NCBI RefSeq assembly: GCF_026571515.1 | Contig: NW_026856260.1 | Span: forward strand, 62,001 to 126,000 | Direction: 5' to 3' | DNA length: 64,000 nt | Source: Ruditapes philippinarum | Lineage: Eukaryota | Part shown: positions 1 to 12,800 of the stretch, one piece after another | Layout of the letters: each line of letters begins with the position of its first letter | How positions within the stretch are numbered: the first letter of the stretch is position 1 | Notes under the pieces: generated by a model | What the model saw: only the letters and a program-made list of their open reading frames with translations | Databases searched by the model: none | Told to the model about the DNA's origin: nothing | Translations under genes and position numbers: made by a program

Positions 1-298
1 TCAAAATTTATTTCAAAGTGCTGCAACTGCTCAAGGGATTGAGATAGAGTCAAAGGCTTTTCAGCGTTGGTTAAACGTTACATTATGATCAACCTGGGGT
101 CATTTTTAGCCTCTCACAAGTCCAAAATTTTCTTGGATGGGGGGCGGCGCCGAAAAAGTGCTCAATTTTTTTAGCAACATTTCTCAAACGAAAACTTATG
201 TTTGGGGTCCAAATAGGACATTTTTTCACTATTTGATGCCTACAAAGGGGGGGGGGGGGTCGAAAGTGCGTTGTTTCGCGTATATATGTGGTAAAGGG
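1..298. mobile_element. End of a piggyBac-like non-autonomous element (runs off the window)
   Basis: Ends ...GGTAAAGGG followed by TTAA; GC/CpG-richer than flank; other end not visible. Confidence 0.4.
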
Positions 299-461
299 TT
301 AACAGTCATTCTTGTGAAATATATAGTCAACTAAGCTCAACTTGACAATGAAAAATAAATAAAAAAATGAAATTTATAGATGATGATTTCTTTCTTTATA
401 AGCATAATATAAGCACAATTATATATGTATTTAATATGTATAGTATACTTTTAGGTAATTA

Positions 462-603
462 TTTGTTTGTTTGTTTGTTTTATTTTACGCCTTTTTCCAA
501 CAGTATTTCAGTCATATAGGCGGGTAGTTTCCTATCCATCGTTCCTGGAGAGTTACACCAGGACTAGATTACCTTCCTCCGCACTAAACTACCAAAGCAT
601 CTC
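462..603 (-). mobile_element. 5'-truncated SINE (family 1) with (AAAC)n tail and 12-bp TSD
   Basis: TSD TTTAGGTAATTA at 450-461 and 604-615; near-identical copies at 14345 and 50068. Confidence 0.8.
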
Positions 604-674
604 TTTAGGTAATTAATAAGACCAAGCAGCACACTCAAATATTTTCTGTGTTTGATAATAAAATACAGTCTATA

Positions 675-1501
675 CAGTCCGACCCCGGTTATTCGACAAC
701 CCTTTATTCGAATACCCGGCATTATCCGAAGTAGATCGGCGGTCCCGTTTTTATCTCTATATAAATCAATATAAAAACGAGCGTATTATTCGAAATGCAT
801 TATCCGAATACCTCCTATTTTTCGAAGTAAAATTTCGGTCCCGACTATACAATTATGAAAGAATTTCACACCTATTATTCGAAGCCAGCCTAATTATTAT
901 TCGAAGTCAGACTTAATGGCGCAGATCCGCTCGCTGACTGGTCGACTTGTGAAAAACATCAATAGTCATGCATGTATTTAGACAATCGTGATAATAGCTC
1001 TTTTTGTGTTCTTTAATCAACTTTAATTACCGAAAATGAAAAGCAATGCACCGTGTCCGATTTTGTTACTGTTATTGCTTGAAGATGACAGCAATATTTT
1101 TCATACATACCGTATATGTAAATTTGTCAAAACATCCAAAACGCTACATAAGAGCCTTTTTCCTAATCGAAAATACCAGAGTTTAGCTGTAAATACCGTA
1201 GTGACAACACGGCCATTATCAAGGTTTTGCGCGAAACGAAGCGATACATAATGTAGAATAAAATGCAAGTATTTATGTCTTCAATGTCAATACAATAATT
1301 TTTACGCATCTTTTCTTTAATATTTATTTTTCTCAATTGATTACAGGAAGTAAATGTGTTTTAAACGGTAGTTTTACTACGATTCGTCAAAGTGGAGTAG
1401 TTTTCGTCTATCACAATATTCGGATTTCGATTATTCGAACCCATCGATTATTCGAAGTAAATATTCAGTCCCAGGCACTTCGAATAAACGGGGTTGGACT
1501 G
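675..1501. mobile_element. Tc1/mariner-pogo-like MITE
   Basis: TA TSD; TIRs CAGTCCGACCCCGGTTATTCGA / TCGAATAAACGGGGTTGGACTG; many subterminal TATTCGAA motifs. Confidence 0.85.
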
Positions 1502-2145
1502 TATATGTATAAATTACTATCATTATAGTAACATAATGTATGAAGTTTCAAGTGAATACCTTCAATGATTATTTACCATTGAATTACTTAAAAATGTGTA
1601 ATATAAAATTGAAATCCAATGATTTAAGCAAAACCTTAACCAGGTATTATGCTGAAGCTAGTACAGGAGAGCTGGATAGTACAGGAGAGCTGGATAGCCC
1701 AACTTTTCTTTAAACAGTCAAGCTATAAAAGAACAAATTTGCCCGTGTTTATCAGGGTATCACGCAATGTATAGGCAATGTGAGATTAGGAGCAACAACC
1801 TGTTAGGGAAGAACAGTTAGAATAATCTCATAGAAGGTGGGTTTATTGGGTTACAATTTGACAATTTGGGTAATAGAACACTTGACATACAAACATAAAA
1901 CATAACATCTACCCTATCCAGACTAAATTATTTTCAGTGTCAGCTTCATTTAAATTCTATTTTTAGCATTTTATCTCCCGCCTTTATCCTAACTTACCAA
2001 CCAACTGATTTAAAACCAAATGTCTTAAAAAAAATTTACCGGTACAAGCCAACACCAAGATTAAGCTAATACAAATTGATAAAAAACTTTGGATTTATAA
2101 AAAATTAAAGTTATTTGGTTTTTGAAATAATGGGTTAAGGGTAAT

Positions 2146-2592
2146 ACATAGAGGATATTTGTTAAGTTCAGTGTAAGAACGGAATATATTTCACCGAGTG
2201 AGCACCAAAAGGTATATTTCACGAGTGGCGCAGCCACGAGTGAAATATGAACTTTTGGTGTTCACGAGGTGAAATATATTTCGATCTTACACTAAACTAA
2301 ACAAATTTTCTTTTTATTACATGCTAAGAAACGTTTAAAAAGACATTTTATCCTAGTACTAAATGAAAAGCGCGCCAAATTCTAATACAACGTGACGTCA
2401 TTTACGACGTCACGTCATTAAGCTGGTTTCCAGTACTATGCACGCTGGTATTTCTCTGAGACAACGTAACGGGCTTAAATTCAAAACAGTGAAATTATCA
2501 AATTGATAATTTCACTGTTTCAAACAGTGAAATTACCAGTTTATAAATCACTGATATATTTCTATAATCCATCGAAAAGCATGTAATAAATA
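2146..2592 (+). mobile_element. Non-autonomous long-hairpin DNA element (Crypton-like by structure)
   Basis: Starts TACATAGAGGATAT; long imperfect hairpin around CACGAGTGGCGCAGCCACGAGTG; related inverted copy at 50560-50962. Confidence 0.6.
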
Positions 2593-3334
2593 CATTTATC
2601 CTTATTCTGCTAAACATATTAAACGGACTATAACTTTCAATATGGGCAAAACCATTCATTATTTTTAGGGTAAATTTGATAATATGTACTGACTTAATGG
2701 CAAACAGTGCAGACCATGGTCATGGCAAACAATACCATGATCATCCTTAGTTTCAGACATAACTTTGAAACATTAATAACTTACACAATTACATGAAAAG
2801 GAAGTGGGGAATATTTTAGAGATCTTATACTCACACAAAATGACCTGCAGAGTCCTAAAATTATATCAATCATTTATAATTTACTTCTGTATGCTTTCAT
2901 TTAAACATATGTTTAAACTTGAATCATGCTTTTTGAATTACAATTCATGGTTACTTTCCAAGAATCATAACTCTGGCATGTCTTTTGAATGAAATGTGGC
3001 CCTTTGGGTTGTTAACATTTTTTTTTTTTTTTTTGGCCAATATCCAAGATTAAACCTATTCCAAGTACATTATTTGTATTTTTGTGAATGAAATCTTCCT
3101 CTTTGCAAATAAACAAATGTTTCTTTTTAAACATATCATTATCATTATTTATAAATCTGGTCTCGGAAAATCAAGAGAATTTAACATGAAAACAGAAACC
3201 AATCTACAATTTTGATACATTTATACATGAACGTGGAGCAAAACAATATACATTTTGTTCTCATGTACTATCATACATGGCCATAAAAAAATAAAAAATA
3301 TGAATAGCATGCATCAGAACTGTGAAAAAAACAA

Positions 3335-4575
3335 AACAAGAGGGCCATGATGGCCCTGAAGTCGCTCACCTGTACATAGGCCCCCGGAGCGGGGCCAGTT
3401 TAAAGCCCGGGGCTTTTATTTGAACTAACTTGGTAGAAACCATTAGAAGATGTTTCATGCTAAACATCTAAGGTCTAGCTCGTTGGAATTTTTAAAAGAA
3501 GATTTTTTTAAGTTTTTTCTTAACACATATAGTTAAAAACAATGACACAACTGGGGCAGGGCCAGTTTTGACCCCAGGGCTTTTTTTTGAACAGTCTTTG
3601 TAGACACTTACTAGAAAATGTTTCATGCTTAATATCCAAACTCTAGCTATTTGGGTTTTTTCAAAGAAGATTTTTAAGTTTTTGCTATACTCGTATAAGG
3701 AAAATCAATGTCCCCCGGGGCGGGGCCAATTTTGACCCCAGGGCTCTTATTTGAACAAACTTGGTAGACATCCATTAGAAGATGTTTCATGCTAAATATC
3801 TTAGCTCTAGCTCTTTTGGTTCTTTATAAGAAGATTTTTAAGTTTTTACTATATGCATATGGGGAAAATCAATGACCCCCTGGGGCGGGGCAAATTTTGA
3901 CCCCAGGGCTTTTATTTGAACAAACTTGGTAGACACCCATTAGAAAATGTTTCATGCCAAATATCTTAGCTCTAGCTCTTTTGGTTCTTAAAAAGAAGAT
4001 TTTTCAAGTTTTTACTATATGTATATATGGAAAATCAATGACCCCCTGGGGTCGGGCCAACTTTGACCCCAGGGCTTTTATTTGAACAAACTTGGTAGAC
4101 ATCCATTAAAAGATGTTTCATGCTAAATATCTTAGCTCTAGCTCTTTTGGTTCTTTAAAAGAAGATTTTTTAAGTTTTTACTATATGCATATAGGGAAAA
4201 TCAATGACCCTCTGGGGCGGGGCCAATTTTAACCCAAGGCTTTTATTTGAACAAACTTGGTAGACACTCACCAGAAGATGTTTCATGCCAAATATCTAAG
4301 CTCTATCTCTTTGGGTTTTTTAGAAGAAGATATTTTAAGTTTTTTCTTTTGGTTGCCATGGCAACCAGAGTTCTGCATGGAATTAAATTCTTTGAAAAAT
4401 TTTCAAAGGTGACCACCAAAGGAACATTCCTGTGAAGTTTGGATGAAATTGGCTTAGTGGTTTATGAGGAGATGTCATTTAAAGTAAAAGTTAACGGACG
4501 ACGGACGGACGGACAGACGCCGGACGAAAAGCGATCACAAAAGCTCATCCTGTCACTTTGTGACAGGTGAGCTAA
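3335..4575 (-). mobile_element. Non-autonomous Helentron (HINE) family A, copy 1, ~5.7 internal ~165-bp repeats
   Basis: On the minus strand: subTIR AGCTCACCTG with fold-back, (GTCC)n microsatellite, tandem array, 3' subTIR CAGGTGAGC, terminal hairpin AGGGCCATCATGGCCCT, inserted in a T-run. Confidence 0.85.
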
Positions 4576-4834
4576 AAACAATAACGTCATGCATTATATA
4601 ATAACACTAATATATTAAACAATAATATATTAAACTATCAACCCAACATGACTCCGGTTATGTATGATGAAAAACAAAACCGGATTCATTCAAATTTCAA
4701 GTCATGAAAGCATATCTAGTGAATTGACCATGGAGCTAAGGTAATAGTTTTATCTTAAAAGATAATTTACACTTAATCAATCAGCAGAAATAAGCATGAA
4801 CAATGTTATACAAACACATATCATACTTAAAACA

Positions 4835-4990
4835 ATAGAGTGTTAATGGACCTTTTTTGTGTGCATTTACATCTGCAGAAGCACAAAGACGCATCTAAAG
4901 CTGGAGCACGCAGGGCAAGGTTTTAGTAAGTAAGTTTAAGGGCTTCTGCAGATGTTAATGCATGTAAAAAAGGTGCAATAGCACTATTCT
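4835..4990. mobile_element. Hairpin-type element remnant
   Basis: Arms CCTTTTTT..TGCATTTACATCTGCAGAAGC / GCTTCTGCAGATGTTAATGCATGTAAAAAAGG. Confidence 0.5.
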
Positions 4991-5147
4991 TGCTAAACAG
5001 AATACATCCAAAATCGATTATGCATGTTTTCTTCTCTGTTAATGTATACCTGCTTATGCATATTTTATTCAAGAACATTGTTCATAAATTCACATAAAAC
5101 ATTTAAATGACATGACTTTTCTGATTCTTGTTGGCTGAAAATACTTT

Positions 5148-5178
5148 TCAGGGTGTTCTTGTAAGTTTTCCATTGTAT
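5148..5178 (-). CDS. Possible terminal coding exon of the PTCHD3-like gene (RYNGKLTRTP*)
   Basis: CCATAG acceptor; frame assumes the micro-exon is used. Confidence 0.25.
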
Positions 5179-5445
5179 CTATGGTATAATTTATTGTATT
5201 TGTGTAGACAACATCAATCTTTATTTCTAGGTTATCAACAAATACTACATAATAAAATTAAAAAATTAAAAGATACAAGTGAAACCAATGCATGCAGGAT
5301 AACAAGTAATGGATGTTATCTACAAATACATGTATTCTGTCCCAAATTAAATTAAATTCAACTATATACTATATCTATATACCCACTGTCATACTAAAAT
5401 CTAATAAATTACATTTTGACAACATTGACTAGACGTGCTTCTCAC

Positions 5446-5468
5446 CTTGTTAAACAGTATCTATTTGT
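5446..5468 (-). CDS. Possible 23-nt micro-exon of the PTCHD3-like C-terminal tail (TNRYCLT)
   Basis: TTGACAG acceptor and AAG|GTGAGA donor, open in phase 0; no family motif to confirm it. Confidence 0.3.
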
Positions 5469-5985
5469 CTGTCAAACAGCAAAATGTTTCTTATTTAACA
5501 AAATGCATGTTTAAATGCGATTTCCTTGAAATATAATTTTTCCAAAAAATGCATGTACTATAAAATGTTCAGAAAGCAAAAATTGTTAATCAATTGTTGC
5601 TCAAGCAAACATGTTTGTACATCATACATTTTTCTAATTTAATACCATAGTAAATTAAGGGAAATATTTATTAATCACGACAATTCATTAATAATTCCTG
5701 CCATTTGCTGAAACAGCAAAAAATGTAATTCTTCAAAATGATAACGAGAGAAAAATGTAGTTGTTTCTTTGTAATACATTTGAGTCATATTTCAGAAAAG
5801 AAATACAAATTAAAACTAATATTTCTATTTCGCAGTTATTTATTTTATAGCAGTGTATAAATTTGCAACTGCATTAATAATGACAAAATGACATCATCCT
5901 TAGTATGCACATTTTTCTTAGCGATTTATAAAAGGCGCTGAAATCATGTCATTTTAAAGTACGCAACTTGACTTACATGTTTTAA

Positions 5986-6317
5986 AGCTGCATGACTCTA
6001 GATGAGGAAAAATATTTCAAGAAATTCAAAACTGAGAATAAAGGTACTAACAAAGTAAAAAGATTCAAGGATCAAGTAAAAATTTACATGTTATATGTGA
6101 TTAATGACTGATATTGCAGTATTAATCACTATATTTCTAATGCATGACTAACACATTAAGGGCTATTTTTGCATATTTTGACTTATTTTTTGTGGATTCT
6201 AATTAGTGCCATTTGCAATGTGTAAATAACTTCCTTTGTTCATTTCACAATATTTCACTTTTAAATACATTTTCAAAATTTTCATTAAAATTAGCACAAA
6301 TTTGAAGACATGCTGCT
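5986..6317. mobile_element. Kolobok-like MITE family 2, copy 1
   Basis: TTAA TSD; AGCTGCATG / CATGCTGCT ends; homologous to 55762-56106. Confidence 0.75.
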
Positions 6318-6655
6318 TTAAAACTACATCCCTATTGAGCCCAGGACCATAATTTGAACAATCTTTCTAGAGATCTGAAACAAACTAGTCCTGGCATCAT
6401 TTGAGGAAACATGGGTGTGACCTGAATAGGAGTCAAACCCATGATCCATGCAGTGAGAGAAAGGAACCTTTACTTGTAAGCCACTGCTGCCCTCTGCTTT
6501 AAACCGTTATAAATTTGTCATACCATAACCTAAAACAGGAGGATATTTGGAATAAACTGAAATCAAATTGTAAATTCTAATGAAAATAATTTCTTGATTT
6601 TTTTACCCACAAAATTTTTTACAGTTATAGATATGAATCCAATTTTTCTTCTTAC

Positions 6656-6868
6656 TTTCAAAATTCCATTTCCTTTCGAAAATGCTGTGGAACTTTTATT
6701 CTTGGTATGTTCTTTTCCATTTTCAGCTGAGCTGTGTAGCATCTTAGTTCTCTCCTCTGCTTCTTTGATAGATCTAGATTGATATGGTGGTGGACCAACC
6801 CAACTCAGGACAACAGGGAGGTATACCAGACCATGGAAGAGTCCATAAAGTACCACTGTCATAAATAC
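6656..6868 (-). CDS. PTCHD3: PTCHD3-like exon (VFMTVVLYGLFHGLVYLPVVLSWVGP...GILK)
   Basis: TTTAAG acceptor; TM12. Donor GTAAGA at 6655; alternatively it reads through to the stop at 6563. Confidence 0.88.
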
Positions 6869-9800
6869 CTTAAAATATAAGTACATGTAAACAATAAAGA
6901 ACCATCCGGTTAGCTCAATAGGAAGAGCGTCGGACTGTGAATACGGCTATCCTGGTTCAATTCCCGGACAATGCAGGTCACTTTTTATTGTCATTCCCAC
7001 TGTACCTCTGCTCTGGCATTATCAGTTCCTTGCGCAATGTGCAGGCAACTAGTACTGGTAAACTGCTTGACAGCCAGTCAAAGAACAATGCGGTGACAGA
7101 ACTGTGCTCTGGTAAATTAAATGTGGCTTCCTGCCATGATCCGGAGTGAAAACTACAAACAACACGACTAAATAATAAATTACCTATGACACACTGTCTG
7201 TTTCAGTCTTAAAAAGTTGAAATATAAGTACCTATAAAAGTAGAACATGACTGACTGCACTAATTTGATAAAATTTCAAAGGCCCACAAATCTTGATCTA
7301 CGCTGCTATTTGATTTGTACAAGGGGGCATACTTTAAGATTTTTTTTCAGCAACATGTGACTGGACTATAAAGTAAAAAATATTTTACCCTGAAGAACAT
7401 GACAAAGCCATAACTTTTACTGTTAGCAAGGAGAACAAATGCCAAGAAAGTGCTGACTCCACCATTCAATACTGCAGGACCAATAGAGAATAGAGTTGCC
7501 TTTGCTCTCTCTGAAATGGAAACATAAACTATGAGCATTCCGCAAAACTTTGCCATTATTCAATGACTTAATTGCCAAGCTAAGAAACAATAACAGGATA
7601 TACATGTACATTATTTTGAGAACAATATTAGTTGTATCCATGGTTAATACAATTTTTAAGACAGCATGTTTGTAACATGATTTTTCATTGGATAATCATG
7701 ATGTTTATGTAATCTATATACACAGCTGCAGTCGATTTATGAATTAATATAATTATTTCTCTTAAAAGAAAGTTTGCAGTATTATAAATGCCTTTTTAAG
7801 ATTCTTAACAGATTATATGGCCATAATATTATATAATTGATTATTTGCAATATAACCAGGCAGAGGGTCATATAACCTGTCAAAAAATCTTTATAACTAA
7901 TAAAGGTTTGTTTGTTTAGAGGCTGCATGACCAAGTGTTCAATATGTCGGGAACCGCTCGTCAGACAAGTAATCTAAAGATCGCTGTTGCATTGGTTCAA
8001 ACCCCCAACAGAAGTGAGACCTTGTTTCCTTGATCAAGAAACTTTAAACTCATTGCTCAGTACTGGTCGGTTCCAGGAATAGATTCCAGAGCGTATCTAT
8101 ATGAGCTGTAAGCTTCCTACACAATCGAACTAAAATAAATTCTGTATAAACCAATATAAACAGTAGAAAATCCTATCTGATATACATAAGTTACCTTCTC
8201 TGTTGCCTAATATGGTCATGAACATGTGTCCGACATGTGCTGAGTAGTCTACCGCTAGACCTACGCACAAAATAATAAGTATACTGCTTGCCGTATCTAT
8301 GGTTACACCCCAAAACTGTAGTGTTCCCGTCACATCAATCTGATTAATAAAAGTTAACAACAAATATACAATGTCAATGACAGTTAAATTTACATTATAG
8401 ACCTTAAAGGGACTCCAATGAGGTTTTTTGACATGATGGGACTGAAAATATTTTTTCCATATAAATGTACCATTTGATGTAGGTTTAGACCACTAGTCTT
8501 TGTGCAAAATTTCGGTCATTCGCGCACTTCCTTTTTCCAGAATAATTATTCAAATTGTTTAAAAATGACCGTAAATGAAACGCTTTTCACTCAAATCGGG
8601 CTAAGAAAAGCATAAAAATATGATTTTCAATTTATTTCAAAGTATGCTTCTTAACTATCTTTGCATATATTTTTGTTTAAAGTGCCACAGCTCATTTATG
8701 TAAGAAATTCAAATGTTATTTTTATAGGCTTTAAACCTCAGTGGAGTCCCTTTAATATTACATAACATCAGCTGCCCAACATTTTTGTTTTTAAAGGGAA
8801 CTCCTCTCAAGCAAAAAATAGAAGATTTTCAATTGCACTGTCATTTTTCACATATTCAATAGTTTAGTTTAAACCCATCTATCTTGGCTCAAATGCTTAA
8901 CAAGGTCATGCAACTTATATTAATCATTTTCGAGTCCGGTTCCTGGCACCAACCAGTACTGGTGTAATACAAGGAAACATGATCGTGACCTGAGTAGGAC
9001 TCCATTCCATGATCCCTGGGTTGAGAGGTAACACATTAAATACTAGGCCACCCCTCTCCTGCACATATTAATTGCTGCATATAATATGCATGAATATGAA
9101 CTTTAACAAGTAAATCATAATCATGTGCACATAAAAATGTTACAATGTTCATATTCTTGATAACCAACCATAAAAAATTATAGCATGTCTTTATTTTAAG
9201 AAAATAAGTAATGTTACTCAGGCTTTTTTCTAAATAAACACACATCATATTCATTTGAATAAAGTCCTAGGTCATAAAGCAAGGTTCCAGCTTTAATATC
9301 TGCAGAAGAACACCTCAGCTGTCCCTTTGTGCATCATTTTATGTATTAGTAGATATCTTAATAATTGTTTGGCACCAACATTGTTACATAAAGGTCATAT
9401 GGTGACTTTACAGCTTTACTGGAGGGGGAAAATCTAAGGTGCCCCTCCACATACTATTTAAGGCTCAAGAGGGCATCTGAGTAGAACCAACACTTCAATA
9501 GCTAATATAAGTTCCTGGTATGATTCTAACCCACATCACTGAAGGCTAAGTGGTTTGAAGTCAAACATCAGAGCCACACAGCCACAGACACCCCACCCAA
9601 AAAATAGAAGAATCAATCTTCCATACGCTAGCTGGCCGGCTTTCAAATGAAATTAGAGACCATTAAAAATCTGACAACAAATGTCTCCTAGTCAAATTTG
9701 TTAACACAGCTTTAATTGAAACTAAATAAAAACTCTACAATAATAGAACAATTATGTTAAAGCTACATACCACAGTAAATGCTACACAAGTGAAGACAAG

Positions 9801-12800
9801 AATGCTGGTCCATAAGTTAGCGATCAACAACAAGGTGACTATAAATACACACACACCAGCTAGGGCAAGATTACGATACAGCTCCCCCTTTAACACCTGA
9901 ATAAAAATACAACAATATTCTGAAAAAATATCACTTTTTGAAACATTAAATTAGACACATCACTGAAGGTGATTAATATCCCCACCAGCAACTTTGACTT
10001 TTTGAAAAATATGTTGTCTGAAGAAAAATTTGAACTCGAGTCTCAACCTATAGTAAATAAAGTATACAAAGAATTATTTCAATTAATTGCAATCCCAACT
10101 GGGATCTTCATATAAGCTTGCTATACACCAAGTTTGATTACAATATCTCATTCCTAACTCTAGTTATTGTCCAGAAACCATTTTTCTATTTTTAGTAATG
10201 GTGACCTTGACGCCAGGGGGTCCAAATGCAATACCAACCAGGCTCTTCATATAAGCTTGCTATACACCAAGTTTGATTACAATATCTCATTCCTAACTCT
10301 AGTTATCGTCCAGAAACCATACTTGAGATTGTAACAGATTTGTCCCATTTTTATTTCAAAGACTATTCAGCATTAATTAAAAGGATTTTAACATTGAAAT
10401 GAATCAGCTTTATAGTAAATGGCTAAACTGTTTAAAAAGTTGCTAGTTTGGGCTCTTATATGTGAAGCATAAAAAAGACATTTTAATCCTGAGCATTCAA
10501 AGCACTGAGCACTTCATTTTGAAACAAAAATTTTTTCTCCAAAGCAGAAAAAGTTGAAAAAAAAAGAGTTTTTTACCTTATTAGTTTCATTGTTAAGATA
10601 TTTGAAACCATAGGCAAAACATGTGCCATTGATGAATGCAGCTTTATCGAGAATATCTCGTAAACTCTCCATGGCGTCTATATCCCCAGCAGAACTTGAT
10701 TGTCGTGTATGGAAAAATGGTATATAGGAAGCCTGAAATTTAATATTAACTTAACATTAACATTTTTCCTACAATATTTATTATCATACATAATGGAAAA
10801 GTTTTCTCAATGTTTTGTTTCTGTTATGAGATGGGTTTATTTATGGAACCCAGCATCCTTTTAAAATTATTCCATTTTTTTTTTATATTTTTCTGTGTAA
10901 GAAATAAAATATGGTCATCATCCATTTGATGTCATGTCAAAACCTTTTTTTAATCCTATGCCATACATCATCATCAGTAAGTTGTTACAAATTTAAAACT
11001 ATAAACAAAGAATCTACCACAGATATTTAAGAAAATGCACAAGACCAAAATACATAAGAACAAAAAGTGAGTCGTGCCATGACAAAACCAACATGATGGG
11101 TTTGCGACCAGCATAGATCCAGACCAGCCTGCGCATCCCCGCCTTCTGATCAGGATCCATGCTGTTCGCTATCAGTTTCTCTACTTGTTATAGAGTTTGT
11201 AAACAAACAGCATGGATCCTGATCAGACTGCGCAGGCTGGTCTGGATCCATGCTGGTCGCAAACCCACTATGTTGGTTTTGTCGTGACGCGGCTCAAGTG
11301 TAGTTTTCTATTTCTATGTATAAAACATGTATGTCACAAATAATGAAATAAACTGTTTAAGAAAAGTTACCTCTATAGTGGGTGGGGAAGAATTTGAAAA
11401 TTTGAAATATTGACCATATGACCTTCCTTCCATTTGAGATATAAAATAACCCAGTAAAGCATTAAATTCAGTACTGGATCTTGGATACCCATCTGAAAGT
11501 CAAATTAGAATAAAAATTATAAAAATAATTTCACATCTTCCTTCCATGGTTTTATTTTTTAAACATACATATACACACTTCTTAGTGTTATTCAAACACA
11601 TTTTGATATTATGGAAGTTAATTATTTGCTAAAAACTGTTTGCCCCCTTTTTTTATTTCTATATTTTTTAACGGCTGAAAAGTTGCAATTTCTTTCATAA
11701 TTTTCTACATAACTGTTGGTAGCTGGGTAGAACCTGCACATTAACAAAACAAATTACAACAAGACAAGAAGTGGGTTTCAAACCTATGCAGATAAAACAA
11801 CTCAAGGAGAGTGACATTCAAAGTTAGTCACATTCAAGGTCAGTGACATTCAAGGTCAGTAACATTCAAAGTTAGTGACATTCAAGGACTGTGACATTCA
11901 AGGACAGTTACATTCAAAGTCCGTTACACTTTGCCACAAAGAACCAGTTGCGATATATAAATAAAAATTTACTTTCTTACCTAAGACAACTGTTTAAAGC
12001 CTTTGCACTAGATTATCGTCACTTTAGTGCAGTAACCAGTTAGCTCCTATTAAATTCAGGAGTTTGCCCATAACTGCCCTACCAAAAACAACATATGGAC
12101 ATCTGATGAAGTCAAAACTACTGTGACCCTTATACTGGTAAAAACCTTAATTGTGGACAACCGAAAATCAACAATCCTTTTTGAGCATTTGGTAGTCAGG
12201 TGAGCTAAAAAAACATCTTACTCTTTGCCATCTGTGATAACACAGATTTGTCTGTGGATGTCTTGAGATAGTTGATAAAAGATGGGTACCAAAAATTAAT
12301 GGAACCATTCTGTATGTATGGATCTTTCTTCATTTCTGAATACATACTTTCTAACACGTGACGGTTGGCAAAATAATCCATGTTATCTGAAAATGTACAA
12401 GATTGTCATAAAATCTGATCGAAAATACTTTAATATACTCTGAAAGTTCATTCGTGCAGCTTAAAACTATCTGGTCACTTTCCTCAAATTGCATAATTTG
12501 CAGTTTAAAACATGTATGCAATTTTTTTGTTTTTTTTTTCTGCGCATCAGACAAATCTCTATCTGTACGGCAGTTGTACTCTAAAAGTCCATTAGTGTAT
12601 TATTTCAGGAAAAAACAGCAGAAAAAAATTCAAATGCTGCAAATGGGATTCTAACCTATACTGTGAAAAGATTTTGTATATAGAAATATTTTAAGAATCA
12701 GAACTGATATTCAGCTGTGAAATATCATGACAGGGAATAATTTCAAATTTATCATAGTTTATGACTGCATTAGTAGCCTAAAGGTGTCAAATTTAAGAAC

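Noticed and set aside
6903-6975. tRNA-His-like sequence (GTG in an anticodon-like loop)
   Set aside because: Cloverleaf stems are poor, and it continues into a shared non-tRNA body also seen at 39310; it is a SINE head
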